Origin: a virus
Lineage: Duplodnaviria; Caudoviricetes
DNA length: 57,935 nucleotides
Direction: 5' to 3' (one strand)
Virus record (IMG/VR): IMGVR_UViG_3300025575_000016
Coordinates: 1 to 57,935 of that record
Within the stretch, counting starts at the first letter, position 1. Every line of letters starts with the position of its first letter. Shown here piece by piece: positions 1 through 10,389 of this stretch. The translations under genes and the position numbers were made by a program. The notes beneath the pieces are model-generated. The model was not told the origin of the DNA and did no database searches. It saw only the letters and a list, made by a program, of their open reading frames with translations.

Positions 1-3000
1 TATTCGAATGTTTTCAGTCCGGATTCAGCGGAGTCTATTGAAAATTATGCGAAGAATACTGTTGGATACAAAGGTAAATGCCTTTTCAGTGGGGAGCATG
101 GTAGCCAAGGCAATGTATTTTTAACATATAAAGTAGCAGCAGAAAATGGATTGAAGTATAGACACTCAACAGAAGCATATTGGGTAAAAGACAGATTTGA
201 AAAAGATAGAGCTAATTGTCATATAGTCTTAGTTGCAAGAAATCAGGAAGGCCAAGAAGATATTAATTTTGCTTTATCTCTTGCAAATGAAGAAGGATAT
301 TATTATAAGCCTAGATTGGATTTAGAATTATTATTAAATATTCCTAAAGATAATATCTACGTTACTTCAGCTTGTGCCTTTGGGTGGAAATATGAAGATG
401 CTGAAGAAATGTGGCTGAAGATTCATAAACATTTTGGAAATAATTTCTTCTTAGAATTACAAAATCATAATACAGATATTCAAAAACAAATAAATCAGAA
501 TATATCTAGGATAGCTAAAGAAAATAATATCCAAGTTATTTGTGGATTAGATAGCCATTTTTCTAAACAAGAGAACAGTATTAAAAGAGATCAAATTCTT
601 AAATATAAAGGTGTAACTTATCCAGAGGAAGATGGCTGGTATATGGATTATCCTGATGGGAAAGAGATATTTAAGAGGTTTAAGGAGCAGGGAGTATTGA
701 ATAATACTGAAATTCTAACAGCTATGATGAATACGAATATTTTTATAAATGAATGTGAAGAAACTGAATTTGACAAGAGCTTCAAAATACCTTGTATTTA
801 TCCTGGAACTACTTATGAAGAAAGGGTTGTTATATTTAAAAAGATTATTAATGAAAGATATAAGCATGAAAAACTTAAAACTCCTGAGAAAGTTAAAGGA
901 ATTATATATGAAGTTGAACAAATTGTAGATAGTGGAGTTGTAGATTATTTCTTATTAAATGATAAAATTATTCAGAAAGCAGTAAATGAATATGGGGGTA
1001 TATTAACTACTACGTCCAGAGGAAGTTCTGCTTCATTTATAACCAACAAGCTCTTAGGATTTACTACAATAGATAGATTTAACTCAGAAATACCTATATA
1101 TCCTGAAAGATTTTTAACAAAAGAAAGAGTTTTAAGTGGACAAATGCCTGATATTGATATGAATATCGCAAAACAAGAACCATTTATTCAAGCCACAAGA
1201 GATTTACTTGGGGAACATAGTTGTTATCCTTTAGTTTCTATAGAAAAGCTTAAGAAGAAAGCTGCATGGCAATTATATGCTGGAGCAAATGATGTATCAC
1301 CTGAAGATGCTAATGAAATATCTAAATTTATATCTAAATATGATGAAAAAATGAAATATGCAGAAGAATTAGATAGAGAATTTATTCTAATAGAAGATTT
1401 TATTCCAGAAGAATATATGGCATTATATGAACAGAGTTTAGAATATCAAGGAATTACTATCAATGCTAAAGCACATCCTTGTGGATATCTTTTATTAGAA
1501 GGAGATATCAGACGTAAAATAGGGTTAATAAGAACAACCTCTGAAACAACTGGTAAATTTGTTTTATGTGCAAATATTGATGGGGCTTACCTAGATGAAT
1601 TTGGATATGTAAAAAATGACTTTCTCATAGTTGATAGTGTACATTTAGTTTATGAATTATTTAAAAGTATTGACAGAGAGGTTCCTAGTTTTGATGAACT
1701 TAGAGAAATGATAGATGGAAATAAACCAACTTGGGATATTTATGCCAATGGAGTAACTTGTTGTGTGAATCAATGTGAAAAAGAATCTACCACTAAAAAA
1801 GCGATGCAATATAAACCACAAAATTTAGCAGAATTGGCTGCTTTTATAGCTGGAATAAGACCAGGATTCCGGTCATTAATTAATGATTTCTTAAAAAGAG
1901 TTCCATATTCAAATGGTATTGTACAATTAGATGAATTGTTAGAGGATTCTTATGGGTATTTATTGTATCAAGAATCTATAATGAAGCTGTTATCTTATTT
2001 AGGATTACCTATGACAAAATGCTACGAAACTATTAAAAAAATATCGAAAAAGAAATTTAAACAAGAGCAATTGGAAGAATTAAAATCTATCCTTAAAAAT
2101 GGTTGGAAAATTAAAATAGGGGATTTAAACAAATTTGATGATATATGGGAGACGGTGGAAAATTTTGCAAAATACGGATTTAACTCACCTCATGCCTTAT
2201 CAATGGGTGGAGATAGTGCTTATGAAGCATGGTTTAAGGCTCATCACACATCTAAATTCTATGAAGTAGCAATTAATCATTATCAAGTTAAAAATAAGAA
2301 AGATAAAATTGATGCCCTAGTTAAAGAGGCCATGATTCACTTTGGATATAGATTAGGAGATTATGAGTTTGAAAAAGATAATAGAAAGGTAAATGTGGAT
2401 GAGGAGAATAAAATAATATATCCTAACTTATCAAGTATAAAAGGATTTGGAGAAGGAGTATCCGCTAAGTTATATGAAATGGGATTATCTAATTATACTA
2501 GTTTTATTATATTTTTAGATGACTTAAAAGGTGGTAAGATAAATAGAACAGTAGTAGGTAAACTCATAAAACTGAATTACTTCAAGAAATTTGGTGGTAT
2601 AAACTATCTACTAGAAGTTCTGCATTGGTATGATACTTTCAGAGAGGCCAAAGAGATATTTAAAGTAAAGGTAACGGAACTGGGATTATCATTAGATGAT
2701 ATAATTTATTATGGAAATGAAACAGCTAAAAAAGTAACGAAACTAAGGACAGATGAGCTTCTAAATGCTCTTATATACAAAGTAAAAGATACTCCTCTGA
2801 GTTTATATGAAACTATCAAAAATCAAAAGGAGATCCTTGGGATAATCACTCATGTGGATTCTTCTTATTCAGATAAAGTGTTCTATGTTTCAGAATTAGA
2901 AGTTTTAAAATCCATTACAAATATGAAACTCTACAGAATAAAGGATGGTAAACTTATAGATTTGAAGATGTGGACGAGTAAATTTAATAAAGATGAATTT

Positions 3001-3174
3001 GAATTAGGGGATTTCCTTTATGTAACAAAAGCAGATAAGAAAAATCAGAAAGCTCCTACAGGAGAAATTGATCTTGATACTGGCAAAAAGATATATAGAG
3101 AAGTAGAAGATGTTTTTGAGTTTTGGCTTAATAAATATAAAGTAATCACGTATGAATTTAAAGACGATAATTAA
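1..3174 (+). CDS. dnaE: DNA polymerase III alpha-like phage polymerase (PHP + Pol C-family), 5'-truncated by the window edge
   Basis: Frame is open from base 1. PHP motifs (EHG, HIVLVARN, LDSHF), RGSSAS, MPDIDM, AHPCG, LLYQE and YGFNSPHA. Confidence 0.93.
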   Translation, partial: YSNVFSPDSAESIENYAKNTVGYKGKCLFSGEHGSQGNVFLTYKVAAENGLKYRHSTEAYWVKDRFEKDRANCHIVLVARNQEGQEDINFALSLANEEGYYYKPRLDLELLLNIPKDNIYVTSACAFGWKYEDAEEMWLKIHKHFGNNFFLELQNHNTDIQKQINQNISRIAKENNIQVICGLDSHFSKQENSIKRDQILKYKGVTYPEEDGWYMDYPDGKEIFKRFKEQGVLNNTEILTAMMNTNIFINECEETEFDKSFKIPCIYPGTTYEERVVIFKKIINERYKHEKLKTPEKVKGIIYEVEQIVDSGVVDYFLLNDKIIQKAVNEYGGILTTTSRGSSASFITNKLLGFTTIDRFNSEIPIYPERFLTKERVLSGQMPDIDMNIAKQEPFIQATRDLLGEHSCYPLVSIEKLKKKAAWQLYAGANDVSPEDANEISKFISKYDEKMKYAEELDREFILIEDFIPEEYMALYEQSLEYQGITINAKAHPCGYLLLEGDIRRKIGLIRTTSETTGKFVLCANIDGAYLDEFGYVKNDFLIVDSVHLVYELFKSIDREVPSFDELREMIDGNKPTWDIYANGVTCCVNQCEKESTTKKAMQYKPQNLAELAAFIAGIRPGFRSLINDFLKRVPYSNGIVQLDELLEDSYGYLLYQESIMKLLSYLGLPMTKCYETIKKISKKKFKQEQLEELKSILKNGWKIKIGDLNKFDDIWETVENFAKYGFNSPHALSMGGDSAYEAWFKAHHTSKFYEVAINHYQVKNKKDKIDALVKEAMIHFGYRLGDYEFEKDNRKVNVDEENKIIYPNLSSIKGFGEGVSAKLYEMGLSNYTSFIIFLDDLKGGKINRTVVGKLIKLNYFKKFGGINYLLEVLHWYDTFREAKEIFKVKVTELGLSLDDIIYYGNETAKKVTKLRTDELLNALIYKVKDTPLSLYETIKNQKEILGIITHVDSSYSDKVFYVSELEVLKSITNMKLYRIKDGKLIDLKMWTSKFNKDEFELGDFLYVTKADKKNQKAPTGEIDLDTGKKIYREVEDVFEFWLNKYKVITYEFKDDN

Positions 3175-3205
3175 ATAATAATATTATAAGGAGGGAAAAG
3201 TAATT

Positions 3206-3796
3206 ATGACGAAAAAGATTTTGGTTGCGTTGACAATAAGTGTATTTTTCACATCTTTTATTTTGATAAATGGATTATCTAAGAAACAACCGACATCTAA
3301 ACCCATAGTGAAAGCGAAAACTATTGTAAATAAAAAGGTAAATATAAATAAGGTAATTAAGAAACCTGTAATAAAAGTAGTTAAGAAAGTTGAGGTAGTT
3401 AAGAAAAAAGAAGTTAAGATTGCAAAGGTGATTAAGAAGAATAAAAAAGTTGTTAAAAAAGAATCTGGAAGAGAAACTATTAATATCCTAATTTCATACT
3501 ATACTAATGACTATGAAAGCTGCCAAAACGACAGAGGTATTTCAGCAAGTGGGAAGAATTTAGTAACTGCAAGCAGAGGTGGAAGTGATGTGACTTATGT
3601 GGCAGCTCCCAGGTCAATCCCTTTTGGTACTAAACTATATATCAAAAATATCGGCATATGTCGGGTTGAAGATCGGGGAGGTAGCGTAAATTTTAAAAAT
3701 GGATATATGGTTATTGATGTTTTCGTTCCTAATGCTTCACATCAAGAACTACAAAATAAAGGCATAATGAAGACAAAAGGTTATATAATCAAATAG
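3206..3796 (+). CDS. Secreted or membrane-anchored 3D-domain (lytic transglycosylase-like) protein
   Basis: N-terminal hydrophobic segment, Lys/Val-rich linker, then ISASG, VAAPRSIPFGTKLYI, VEDRGG and IDVF motifs of the 3D domain. Confidence 0.8.
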   Translation: MTKKILVALTISVFFTSFILINGLSKKQPTSKPIVKAKTIVNKKVNINKVIKKPVIKVVKKVEVVKKKEVKIAKVIKKNKKVVKKESGRETINILISYYTNDYESCQNDRGISASGKNLVTASRGGSDVTYVAAPRSIPFGTKLYIKNIGICRVEDRGGSVNFKNGYMVIDVFVPNASHQELQNKGIMKTKGYIIK

Positions 3797-3807
3797 GAGG
3801 TAATATT

Positions 3808-3972
3808 ATGAAAAATTATTCAAAAGAGGTTTATGTATTTGAATTCAATAAAGAGGAAGTTAAATTATTTGATCAAATTTTACAGGAAGTTCTTGTAAGT
3901 GAATTATCAGAAGAGCAACAAGAACTCCTCAATGATATTCAAGAATGTAACGATTCTATTTTACATCCATAA
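3808..3972 (+). CDS. Small hypothetical protein (54 aa)
   Basis: AGGAGG RBS followed by ATG and an open frame; read manually, below the ORF-track cutoff. Confidence 0.6.
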   Translation: MKNYSKEVYVFEFNKEEVKLFDQILQEVLVSELSEEQQELLNDIQECNDSILHP

Positions 3973-3999
3973 AAGATTCATTTTATTATACTATTTTTG

Positions 4000-4028
4000 T
4001 TGACAATTCAATAGTAATAGTATAATAT
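4000..4028 (+). promoter_or_regulatory. SigA-like promoter overlapping an 18-bp motif copy
   Basis: TTGACA at 4000 with TATAAT/TAATAT at 4021-4028. Confidence 0.65.
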
Positions 4029-4068
4029 ATAAATATGGTAATTAAATAATAATATTAAGGAGGTAAAT

Positions 4069-4374
4069 ATGAAGATTATAAAAGAAATACCAATTACAAA
4101 AGTTATATTAAAAGAATGTCTGATGTTAGAGAATTTGCATGGAGAGAGAAGTCTTATTGAAATTAATAAACTACAGCCGTCTGATAAATTTATTGTTAGG
4201 CATATGGAGAAAGTTAGATCTTATTCAGATAGTATACGAGAAAAGTTAGGAATAGGAGATTATCAGATTTCAATTGATTCAGATTTATGCTCTGTTATGG
4301 TTTTTGATAGGCCGCTTAAAGATTTGAATTATGAAACAAATTATGTACTTAAGGAAGATGTACTAATTCAATAA
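4069..4374 (+). CDS. Hypothetical protein
   Basis: ORF with AGGAGG RBS. Confidence 0.7.
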   Translation: MKIIKEIPITKVILKECLMLENLHGERSLIEINKLQPSDKFIVRHMEKVRSYSDSIREKLGIGDYQISIDSDLCSVMVFDRPLKDLNYETNYVLKEDVLIQ

Positions 4375-4398
4375 TAATATTATAGGAGGTTTTTATTA

Positions 4399-5007
4399 AT
4401 GAAAGGTAAATTCTTAAATGTTGAAGAGGTAAGTAATTTAATTCCATCAGAAAAGAAATATTATGTGATGTATGGGGGATATCTTAAAGAAAACAATAAA
4501 AATGAGGTTTATAAGCTTAGAAGAGATTATTTTACAAATGAAGCTGGAAATAATAGTTTTAATCAAGGTTGTATAGGTGTAAAAAATGGGGATATCAAAG
4601 TTTATGAATATTTAGAAGATCTAATAAAAAATGAAAGAAGGAATAATATTATGAAAAATGCAGTGGTTAAATTTCAAGGAACATCAAAACATTATCATTT
4701 TATAACAGACTTAGATTTACAAGAGGGAGATACAGTTGTTTGTGATACAGCAGTAGGGATAACAGTAGCTGCGGTTATTAGAATAGAAGAGGAAGTTTCT
4801 TCATTGGCAACAAAATGGATTATAGATAAGGTTGACATTGATACTCATAAAAGAAGAATGGAACTTGAGGCTAAAAAGAAAGATATTAAAGCTAAAATGG
4901 AAAAGAGAAGAAAGAAGCTTGAAGATATTGCAGTGTTTGCTATATTAGCCAAGGAAGATTCAGACATGGCTGAGTTATTAAAAGAATATCAAGAAATAAA
5001 TAATTAG
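4399..5007 (+). CDS. Hypothetical protein; N-terminal module paralogous to 5023..5634, coiled-coil C-terminus
   Basis: ORF with RBS; shares a KGxxLxVxEV..L..S.K.YYV...KVYEY module with the next gene. Confidence 0.7.
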   Translation: MKGKFLNVEEVSNLIPSEKKYYVMYGGYLKENNKNEVYKLRRDYFTNEAGNNSFNQGCIGVKNGDIKVYEYLEDLIKNERRNNIMKNAVVKFQGTSKHYHFITDLDLQEGDTVVCDTAVGITVAAVIRIEEEVSSLATKWIIDKVDIDTHKRRMELEAKKKDIKAKMEKRRKKLEDIAVFAILAKEDSDMAELLKEYQEINN

Positions 5008-5022
5008 AGGAGGTTTTTATTA

Positions 5023-5634
5023 ATGGGAAAAGGAAGATTATTAAGTGTTAAAGAGGTGGGGAAATTACCAGCATCAGATAAACAATATTATGTAAAGAAA
5101 GTAAATTATCCTGAACAGAATGGTTTGTATAAAATGGAGGAACTTCCGTATTTTAGAGATGACAATGGTAATAATTTTGGAAGGACTTGTTTTGCTGTGA
5201 CTTGTGGAGAGTATAAAGTTTATGAATATGAGGAGGAGGAGATTATTATTAAAGAATATACAACTGTTGAAGCAATCAAGGAATTGGATTCAAATATAGG
5301 ATTGAAATTTCAAGCATTAAGTTTTAGTGATAATAAACCATTTGAAAAGTTTTTAACATCTGGAGAAGGCAAAAGGTTAACTTGCACTAAATCCCCTGAT
5401 TACAATGATAACATTTATATGGATCAGAAATGGATATTAGTAAAGCCTGAACCAATAGAAGTTCCTTTTATGGAAGCAGTAAAAGCATTTTCCATAGGAA
5501 AAGTAATAGAGTGTAGAAGAGAAGAATATACCTCTCGATACAAAGATGGGAATAATCACCCGGTAATGTGTGATGATAATGGTCTTGCTATTAATTATCG
5601 TGAGATATTAAAGGGTAAATGGTTTATACTTTAA
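5023..5634 (+). CDS. Hypothetical protein; N-terminal module paralogous to 4399..5007
   Basis: ORF with the same GGAGGTTTTTATTAATG leader as the previous gene. Confidence 0.7.
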   Translation: MGKGRLLSVKEVGKLPASDKQYYVKKVNYPEQNGLYKMEELPYFRDDNGNNFGRTCFAVTCGEYKVYEYEEEEIIIKEYTTVEAIKELDSNIGLKFQALSFSDNKPFEKFLTSGEGKRLTCTKSPDYNDNIYMDQKWILVKPEPIEVPFMEAVKAFSIGKVIECRREEYTSRYKDGNNHPVMCDDNGLAINYREILKGKWFIL

Positions 5635-5687
5635 AGTGAATTACTAATTCAATAATAATATTACAAATACGAGGAGGAATTATTAAA

Positions 5688-5999
5688 ATGAAGATAAATG
5701 ATCAGGTAGAAGTTGGTAAATCAAAGGTTCTTGGAGTTGTGAAAGAGGTAGGAGATAAATCAATTTTAGTTGGTCATCAGATTATGGTGGACGGTGCTTC
5801 AAAGAGTATAAATCAATGGTACAGCGTAGATATAGTGACAGAGGTAGATTTACATGCTGAGGCTCAAGATGTGTTCAAGGAAATGGAAGCTAAAGGCTTA
5901 ACGTCTGAAGAAATATCGGAGTTAGTTAGTGCTGGAGGTACAAAGTTTAAGGAGAAGGCGGTTCTATTGGGAATATTGCCCGATAAGGAGGGAAAGTAA
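5688..5999 (+). CDS. Hypothetical protein
   Basis: ORF with GAGGAGG RBS. Confidence 0.65.
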   Translation: MKINDQVEVGKSKVLGVVKEVGDKSILVGHQIMVDGASKSINQWYSVDIVTEVDLHAEAQDVFKEMEAKGLTSEEISELVSAGGTKFKEKAVLLGILPDKEGK

Positions 6000-6001
6000 T
6001 T

Positions 6002-6211
6002 ATGAGTGAGAAACTTGAACATGATGTAGACATATATTTTGTTGGTGGAACTAGTTCAACATGGACTGGATTAACGGAGCAAGTTATAGAAAATTTAACT
6101 GAATGGCTTGATGATAAAGAAGATGCTAAAACATTTAAGGTCAATTTTATTAATCATGATAAAGCAGTTTATGTGAGAAAAGAATTGATACTTTTTATAA
6201 ATATTATTTAA
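6002..6211 (+). CDS. Hypothetical protein
   Basis: ORF with GGAGG RBS, tightly packed. Confidence 0.65.
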   Translation: MSEKLEHDVDIYFVGGTSSTWTGLTEQVIENLTEWLDDKEDAKTFKVNFINHDKAVYVRKELILFINII

Positions 6212-6249
6212 TAAATTATACTTTTTAAGATAAAAATTAGGAGGCAGAT

Positions 6250-6486
6250 ATGTTAAAACAAAAATATATAAATGTTATTAGAACTTGTTTAAAGATGCAA
6301 AGAGCATTTGGAAATGAAAAGTCTAAAAGTGATATAGAAGAAACGTTAAAAGCTTTTGATGCAGAGATTAAAATGAATATAGAAGTTAAAGAAAAATTTG
6401 AAGAGATAAAAAGAAGACACGGAGGAGTTTATACTGTGCCACCTTCAGATTCACCAGCTCCAAAAGCACCAGGAAGACAATATTAA
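6250..6486 (+). CDS. Hypothetical protein
   Basis: ORF with AGGAGG RBS. Confidence 0.6.
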   Translation: MLKQKYINVIRTCLKMQRAFGNEKSKSDIEETLKAFDAEIKMNIEVKEKFEEIKRRHGGVYTVPPSDSPAPKAPGRQY

Positions 6487-6506
6487 ATTAGAAAGGAGAA
6501 ATTAAT

Positions 6507-6677
6507 ATGAATGATGATATATCATGCTTTGATTGTAAATATCATGATGGTATCTGCTGCATGAAAGATTGTGATTGCATGGCTATATTTGATGAATGGG
6601 AAACAGCAAAAAATTGTGATGATTATATTGAAGGTGATTATGATGAACAGGAATTAGAAAGAACTAATTATAAATAG
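6507..6677 (+). CDS. Small Cys-rich acidic protein (56 aa)
   Basis: AAGGAG RBS; MNDDISCFDCKYHDGICC...; read manually. Confidence 0.6.
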   Translation: MNDDISCFDCKYHDGICCMKDCDCMAIFDEWETAKNCDDYIEGDYDEQELERTNYK

Positions 6678-6717
6678 GTAGCAAATAAATAATAAAAAAT
6701 GAAGGAGATAATGTATT

Positions 6718-7095
6718 ATGGAAAACTATGGTGGTATTAATTTATTATTAGGTAAAACGGTAAATAAAATAAATGTCAATGAAAGTAAGGATATGATTTC
6801 ATTTTATTGTAATAATGATGAAGTTTATATAATGTGTCATGAACAAGATTGTTGCGAACGTGTAGAAATAGAAGATATAATTGGAGATTTAGATGATTTG
6901 ATTGGAACTCCTATTTTACAAGCAGAAGAATCTGAAAGTGAGGATAACCCAAGAGAAGATAGTGATGAAAGTTTTACATGGACTTTTTATAAATTAGCAA
7001 CAATAAAGGGATATGTAACTATAAGATGGTATGGAGAATCTAATGGTTATTATTCTGAAGATGTAGACTTTTATTTAGAAAGAAAATATAAATAA
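6718..7095 (+). CDS. Conserved phage hypothetical protein (HEQDCCE...[10 protein letters not shown] family)
   Basis: Widespread phage motif set recognised by eye; RBS present. Confidence 0.75.
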   Translation: MENYGGINLLLGKTVNKINVNESKDMISFYCNNDEVYIMCHEQDCCERVEIEDIIGDLDDLIGTPILQAEESESEDNPREDSDESFTWTFYKLATIKGYVTIRWYGESNGYYSEDVDFYLERKYK

Positions 7096-7152
7096 TATAT
7101 AAATTAATACTTTTATACGTAATTAAATAATCCTATTATAAAGGAGAAATTT

Positions 7153-7305
7153 ATGGCTAGTAAAGGATCATATTGTGAGATGTGTTCTCACAGAGGCAAG
7201 AAGGCAGATATGATTGTGGATAATGGCAGATATTTCTGCTCAAAAGAATGTGTAATTTGGTACGAGAAAACATATTTACAAGATGATAAAGTTAAAAAGA
7301 AATAA
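7153..7305 (+). CDS. Small Zn-finger-like protein (50 aa; CEMC...FCSKEC)
   Basis: AAGGAG RBS; TRASH/YHS-like Cys pattern; read manually. Confidence 0.6.
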   Translation: MASKGSYCEMCSHRGKKADMIVDNGRYFCSKECVIWYEKTYLQDDKVKKK

Positions 7306-7343
7306 TTAATAATTAAACAATAATGTTACAACAGGAGGTTAAT

Positions 7344-8075
7344 ATGATATGTCATAAATGTGGGAAAGATTTAGATTTAAAATATTTTAATAAATGTACA
7401 GCAAAGAAAAATGGATTGAGCTATATATGTAAGGTGTGTAAGAAAGAATTAGATGATGAATATAGACGAAAAAAGAAATTAAACGCTAAAATGGGAGTCT
7501 ATAAACTAGTCAATAAAATAAATGAAAAAATGTATGTAGGAAGCACAACGGATTTAGAAAAAAGGGAAAAAGATCACTTTAGAGATTTAAAAGCAAATAT
7601 ACACAGAAATCATAAATTGCAAGAAGGATACGATGAATTTGGTAAGGATGCTTTTACTTTTATTATTATAAAAATTATAGAAGATGAAAATTTGCTTTTA
7701 CCTACTGAACAATATTGGATAGATTTTTATGAATCATATACAGACGATGGGTATAATATTGCATCTCATGCAGGTAATTCAATAGGAGTAGTAGCCTCGT
7801 TAGAAACAAGAAACAGACAAAGGCAAGCGAAACTAGGTAAAAAATTATCAGAAGAAAATAGAGAAAGTTTCTGTAAGGCAAGGAAAAGAGGAATAGAACA
7901 TCCTAAAGCTGTTTTAACGGAAGAACAAGTATATAAAATAAGAGAATTAACTAAGCAAGGTATAGGTGGTATGGCAATAGCTAGAATATATGGAATAGGT
8001 AAAAGTACAGTATATCATATACAAAAAGGAGAAACTTGGAAACACTTGCTTCCAAAAGAGGTATTAATAATATGA
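7344..8075 (+). CDS. Free-standing GIY-YIG homing endonuclease (N-terminal Zn finger, NUMOD3-like and HTH C-terminus)
   Basis: GVYKLVNKINEKMYVGS, R..H, EQYWID, GYNI; C-terminal LTEEQV..I HTH; GGAGG before ATG 7344. Confidence 0.88.
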   Translation: MICHKCGKDLDLKYFNKCTAKKNGLSYICKVCKKELDDEYRRKKKLNAKMGVYKLVNKINEKMYVGSTTDLEKREKDHFRDLKANIHRNHKLQEGYDEFGKDAFTFIIIKIIEDENLLLPTEQYWIDFYESYTDDGYNIASHAGNSIGVVASLETRNRQRQAKLGKKLSEENRESFCKARKRGIEHPKAVLTEEQVYKIRELTKQGIGGMAIARIYGIGKSTVYHIQKGETWKHLLPKEVLII

Positions 8076-9712
8076 ATAAGGAGTGGAAAATATTAAATAC
8101 TGTTCCTGAAAAGGATATTATATCTCAAATACTTAAAGCTAGGAATATTGTAGATCCTATACATTTTCTCCAACCAAAAGAATCTGATTTCCTTCCATAT
8201 AAAGATATATTAAATATAGAAATAGCAGCAGATAAGGTTTTAAATGCAATCAAAGAGGATAAACGAATTCATATATTTGGAGATATTGATGTAGATGGTC
8301 TTATGAGTATGGTTTTAGCATTGAGATACTTATCTAATTTCACAGGTAATCTCACTTATAGTTTAAACGAAAAGAAAAAACATGGGTTAGAACATCAAAA
8401 CTTAAAATCCTATGTAGGTAAATATGACATGGTAATTGCGGTAGACTCTTCATCAAGTGATTATAAATCTCAAAAGTTCCTACATGATAATAATATAGAA
8501 GTTATAGTCATTGATCATCATGATATGGACAAGAAAGATCCTAAATATGCAACTATTTTAAACTGTAATCTCGGTTCATATTTGAACAGAAAATTATCTG
8601 GGAGCACAATGGTATTCAAGTTTATAAAATATCTTGATGAATTACAACAAACTGAATTTGCTGATGAATATTGGGACTTAGCGGCTACAGGCTTAATTGG
8701 AGATATGATGCCAGTAGGAGAAGAAAATAAAGAAAATAGGTATATTTGTTCAAAAGGATTTTCAGCATTAAATAATATTGCATTAAAAGAAATCATAGGA
8801 AGCTATACATTCAATGGCACTGGGATTAGCTTTAGTGTGGCTCCATTAGTGAATGCCTCGATGAGATTGAATAGAAGTGGGATAGCTGCTGAATTATTTT
8901 TAGAAGATGATAAAAAAATATGTAAGAAATTAATCAAGGAACTTCAAGAGTTAAAAGAGATTCAAAATATACAAAAGGATATTTTAGTTGCAAAATTAGA
9001 TATTGAAATTGCAGAAAATAAATTAGATGATAATAAAGTCATTGGATTAATGGTTGATGACATGCCAAGCGATAGCGAAATTGATATCGTGGGACTTACC
9101 GCAAATGTACTTGCTAGTAAATATGAGAAGATAATTATAATAGTCCATAAAACTGATGAACCAGGAATGCTTAGAGGTTCGTGCAGATGTGTGGGGATAG
9201 AGAACTTTAGAACTATGGTTAATAAAACTGGATTAGTTAAATTCGCAGAAGGCCATCAGCCAGCTTTCGGATTAGGATTGAAAGAATCTAGCTGGAAAAA
9301 ACTAATTAATTCATTAAACATAGTAATGAAGGATATTGAATTAAAGGTTGTATCTAATGCTGATATTATTCTTAAACCAAAAGAGTTAACTTCTACTCTA
9401 ATTAAGAAGATAGAATTTGTCAATATGATTAGTGGCACAGGATTTAAACCTATTCAAGTAGTAATTGAAGGATTGGAGCCAGATAAAGTCAGTACAATGA
9501 AAGAAGGACTTCACAGTAAATTTGAAGCAAGTAATATGGAGTTTATTCAATGGAGGTCGAATTTAGCTGAAGAGTTACATTGTGATAAAGGAATTTATAA
9601 AACCATTAATATTATAGGCACTCCTCAGACTGGTAATTTTAGAGGTCGTAACACAAAGCAGGCCATCATACAAGATTATAGGATCGAATCGCATTTAGAA
9701 TTCTTTAGATAA
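8072..9712 (+). CDS. recJ: RecJ-like DHH-family ssDNA exonuclease
   Basis: GDIDVDG, AVDS, IDHH, GLIGDMMP, RGSCR and GHQPAFG motifs. Confidence 0.88.
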   Translation: MNKEWKILNTVPEKDIISQILKARNIVDPIHFLQPKESDFLPYKDILNIEIAADKVLNAIKEDKRIHIFGDIDVDGLMSMVLALRYLSNFTGNLTYSLNEKKKHGLEHQNLKSYVGKYDMVIAVDSSSSDYKSQKFLHDNNIEVIVIDHHDMDKKDPKYATILNCNLGSYLNRKLSGSTMVFKFIKYLDELQQTEFADEYWDLAATGLIGDMMPVGEENKENRYICSKGFSALNNIALKEIIGSYTFNGTGISFSVAPLVNASMRLNRSGIAAELFLEDDKKICKKLIKELQELKEIQNIQKDILVAKLDIEIAENKLDDNKVIGLMVDDMPSDSEIDIVGLTANVLASKYEKIIIIVHKTDEPGMLRGSCRCVGIENFRTMVNKTGLVKFAEGHQPAFGLGLKESSWKKLINSLNIVMKDIELKVVSNADIILKPKELTSTLIKKIEFVNMISGTGFKPIQVVIEGLEPDKVSTMKEGLHSKFEASNMEFIQWRSNLAEELHCDKGIYKTINIIGTPQTGNFRGRNTKQAIIQDYRIESHLEFFR

Positions 9713-9800
9713 TTAAATAATAATATTTAAAAAGTACTAGACAATTAAAGGATAATATTATATAATAAGTGTAACAAATAAATAAAAGGAGCTGGTTGTA

Positions 9801-10082
9801 TTGAAAGATATAGATTATAAAACATTAAAGATTGAGCCTAGCAATATATTATTTGCTAGTACGTCTGATCCAGATTATGAAATGAATAGAATCATATTGT
9901 TAGAGGATGGCTATGATGAATTTGTTGTTGTCGAAGGTGGTCATTGTAGCTGTTATGGATTTGATGAAACAGAATGGTATGCAACTGGATATACGGGAGA
10001 AGAGTTAAAGAAATTAGCTAATCTAAGATGCGAAAATGATATGTTTTGGAAAATGGTAAAAAAGTATTTAGATAACAATTAA
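9801..10082 (+). CDS. Hypothetical protein (GGHCSCYGF motif)
   Basis: ORF with TTG start and GGGAG RBS. Confidence 0.65.
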   Translation: MKDIDYKTLKIEPSNILFASTSDPDYEMNRIILLEDGYDEFVVVEGGHCSCYGFDETEWYATGYTGEELKKLANLRCENDMFWKMVKKYLDNN

Positions 10083-10109
10083 ATAATAATATTACAGGAG
10101 GAATGTAAA

Positions 10110-10388
10110 ATGTCATTAACAATGAAAGATTTAAAACAATGTTTCAAAGATGAAAAACGTACAAAATCATTATATGTAGGTGTAAAAATATCAACAAGAG
10201 GAAGTTCAGCCCCAGAAGTCATAATTAATCCAAGCGAAAATTTTGCTGCTAAATTAGAATATTACAAATCCAATTATACAGATGATTTAGTGTTAAAGAA
10301 ATATGACGGAATTCAGATTATTGATATAACGTTCGGAGATTCATATGACCAAATAGAATGTACTTTTGAAGAGGAAGGGGAATTGTAG
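10110..10388 (+). CDS. Hypothetical phage protein
   Basis: ORF with AGGAGG RBS; PEVIINP..N...KLEYY motif. Confidence 0.7.
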   Translation: MSLTMKDLKQCFKDEKRTKSLYVGVKISTRGSSAPEVIINPSENFAAKLEYYKSNYTDDLVLKKYDGIQIIDITFGDSYDQIECTFEEEGEL

Positions 10389-10389
10389 A

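Noticed and set aside
7323-8075. Group I intron around the GIY-YIG gene
   Set aside because: The flanking genes look intact, the ORF abuts its neighbours, and there is no space for a ribozyme core.
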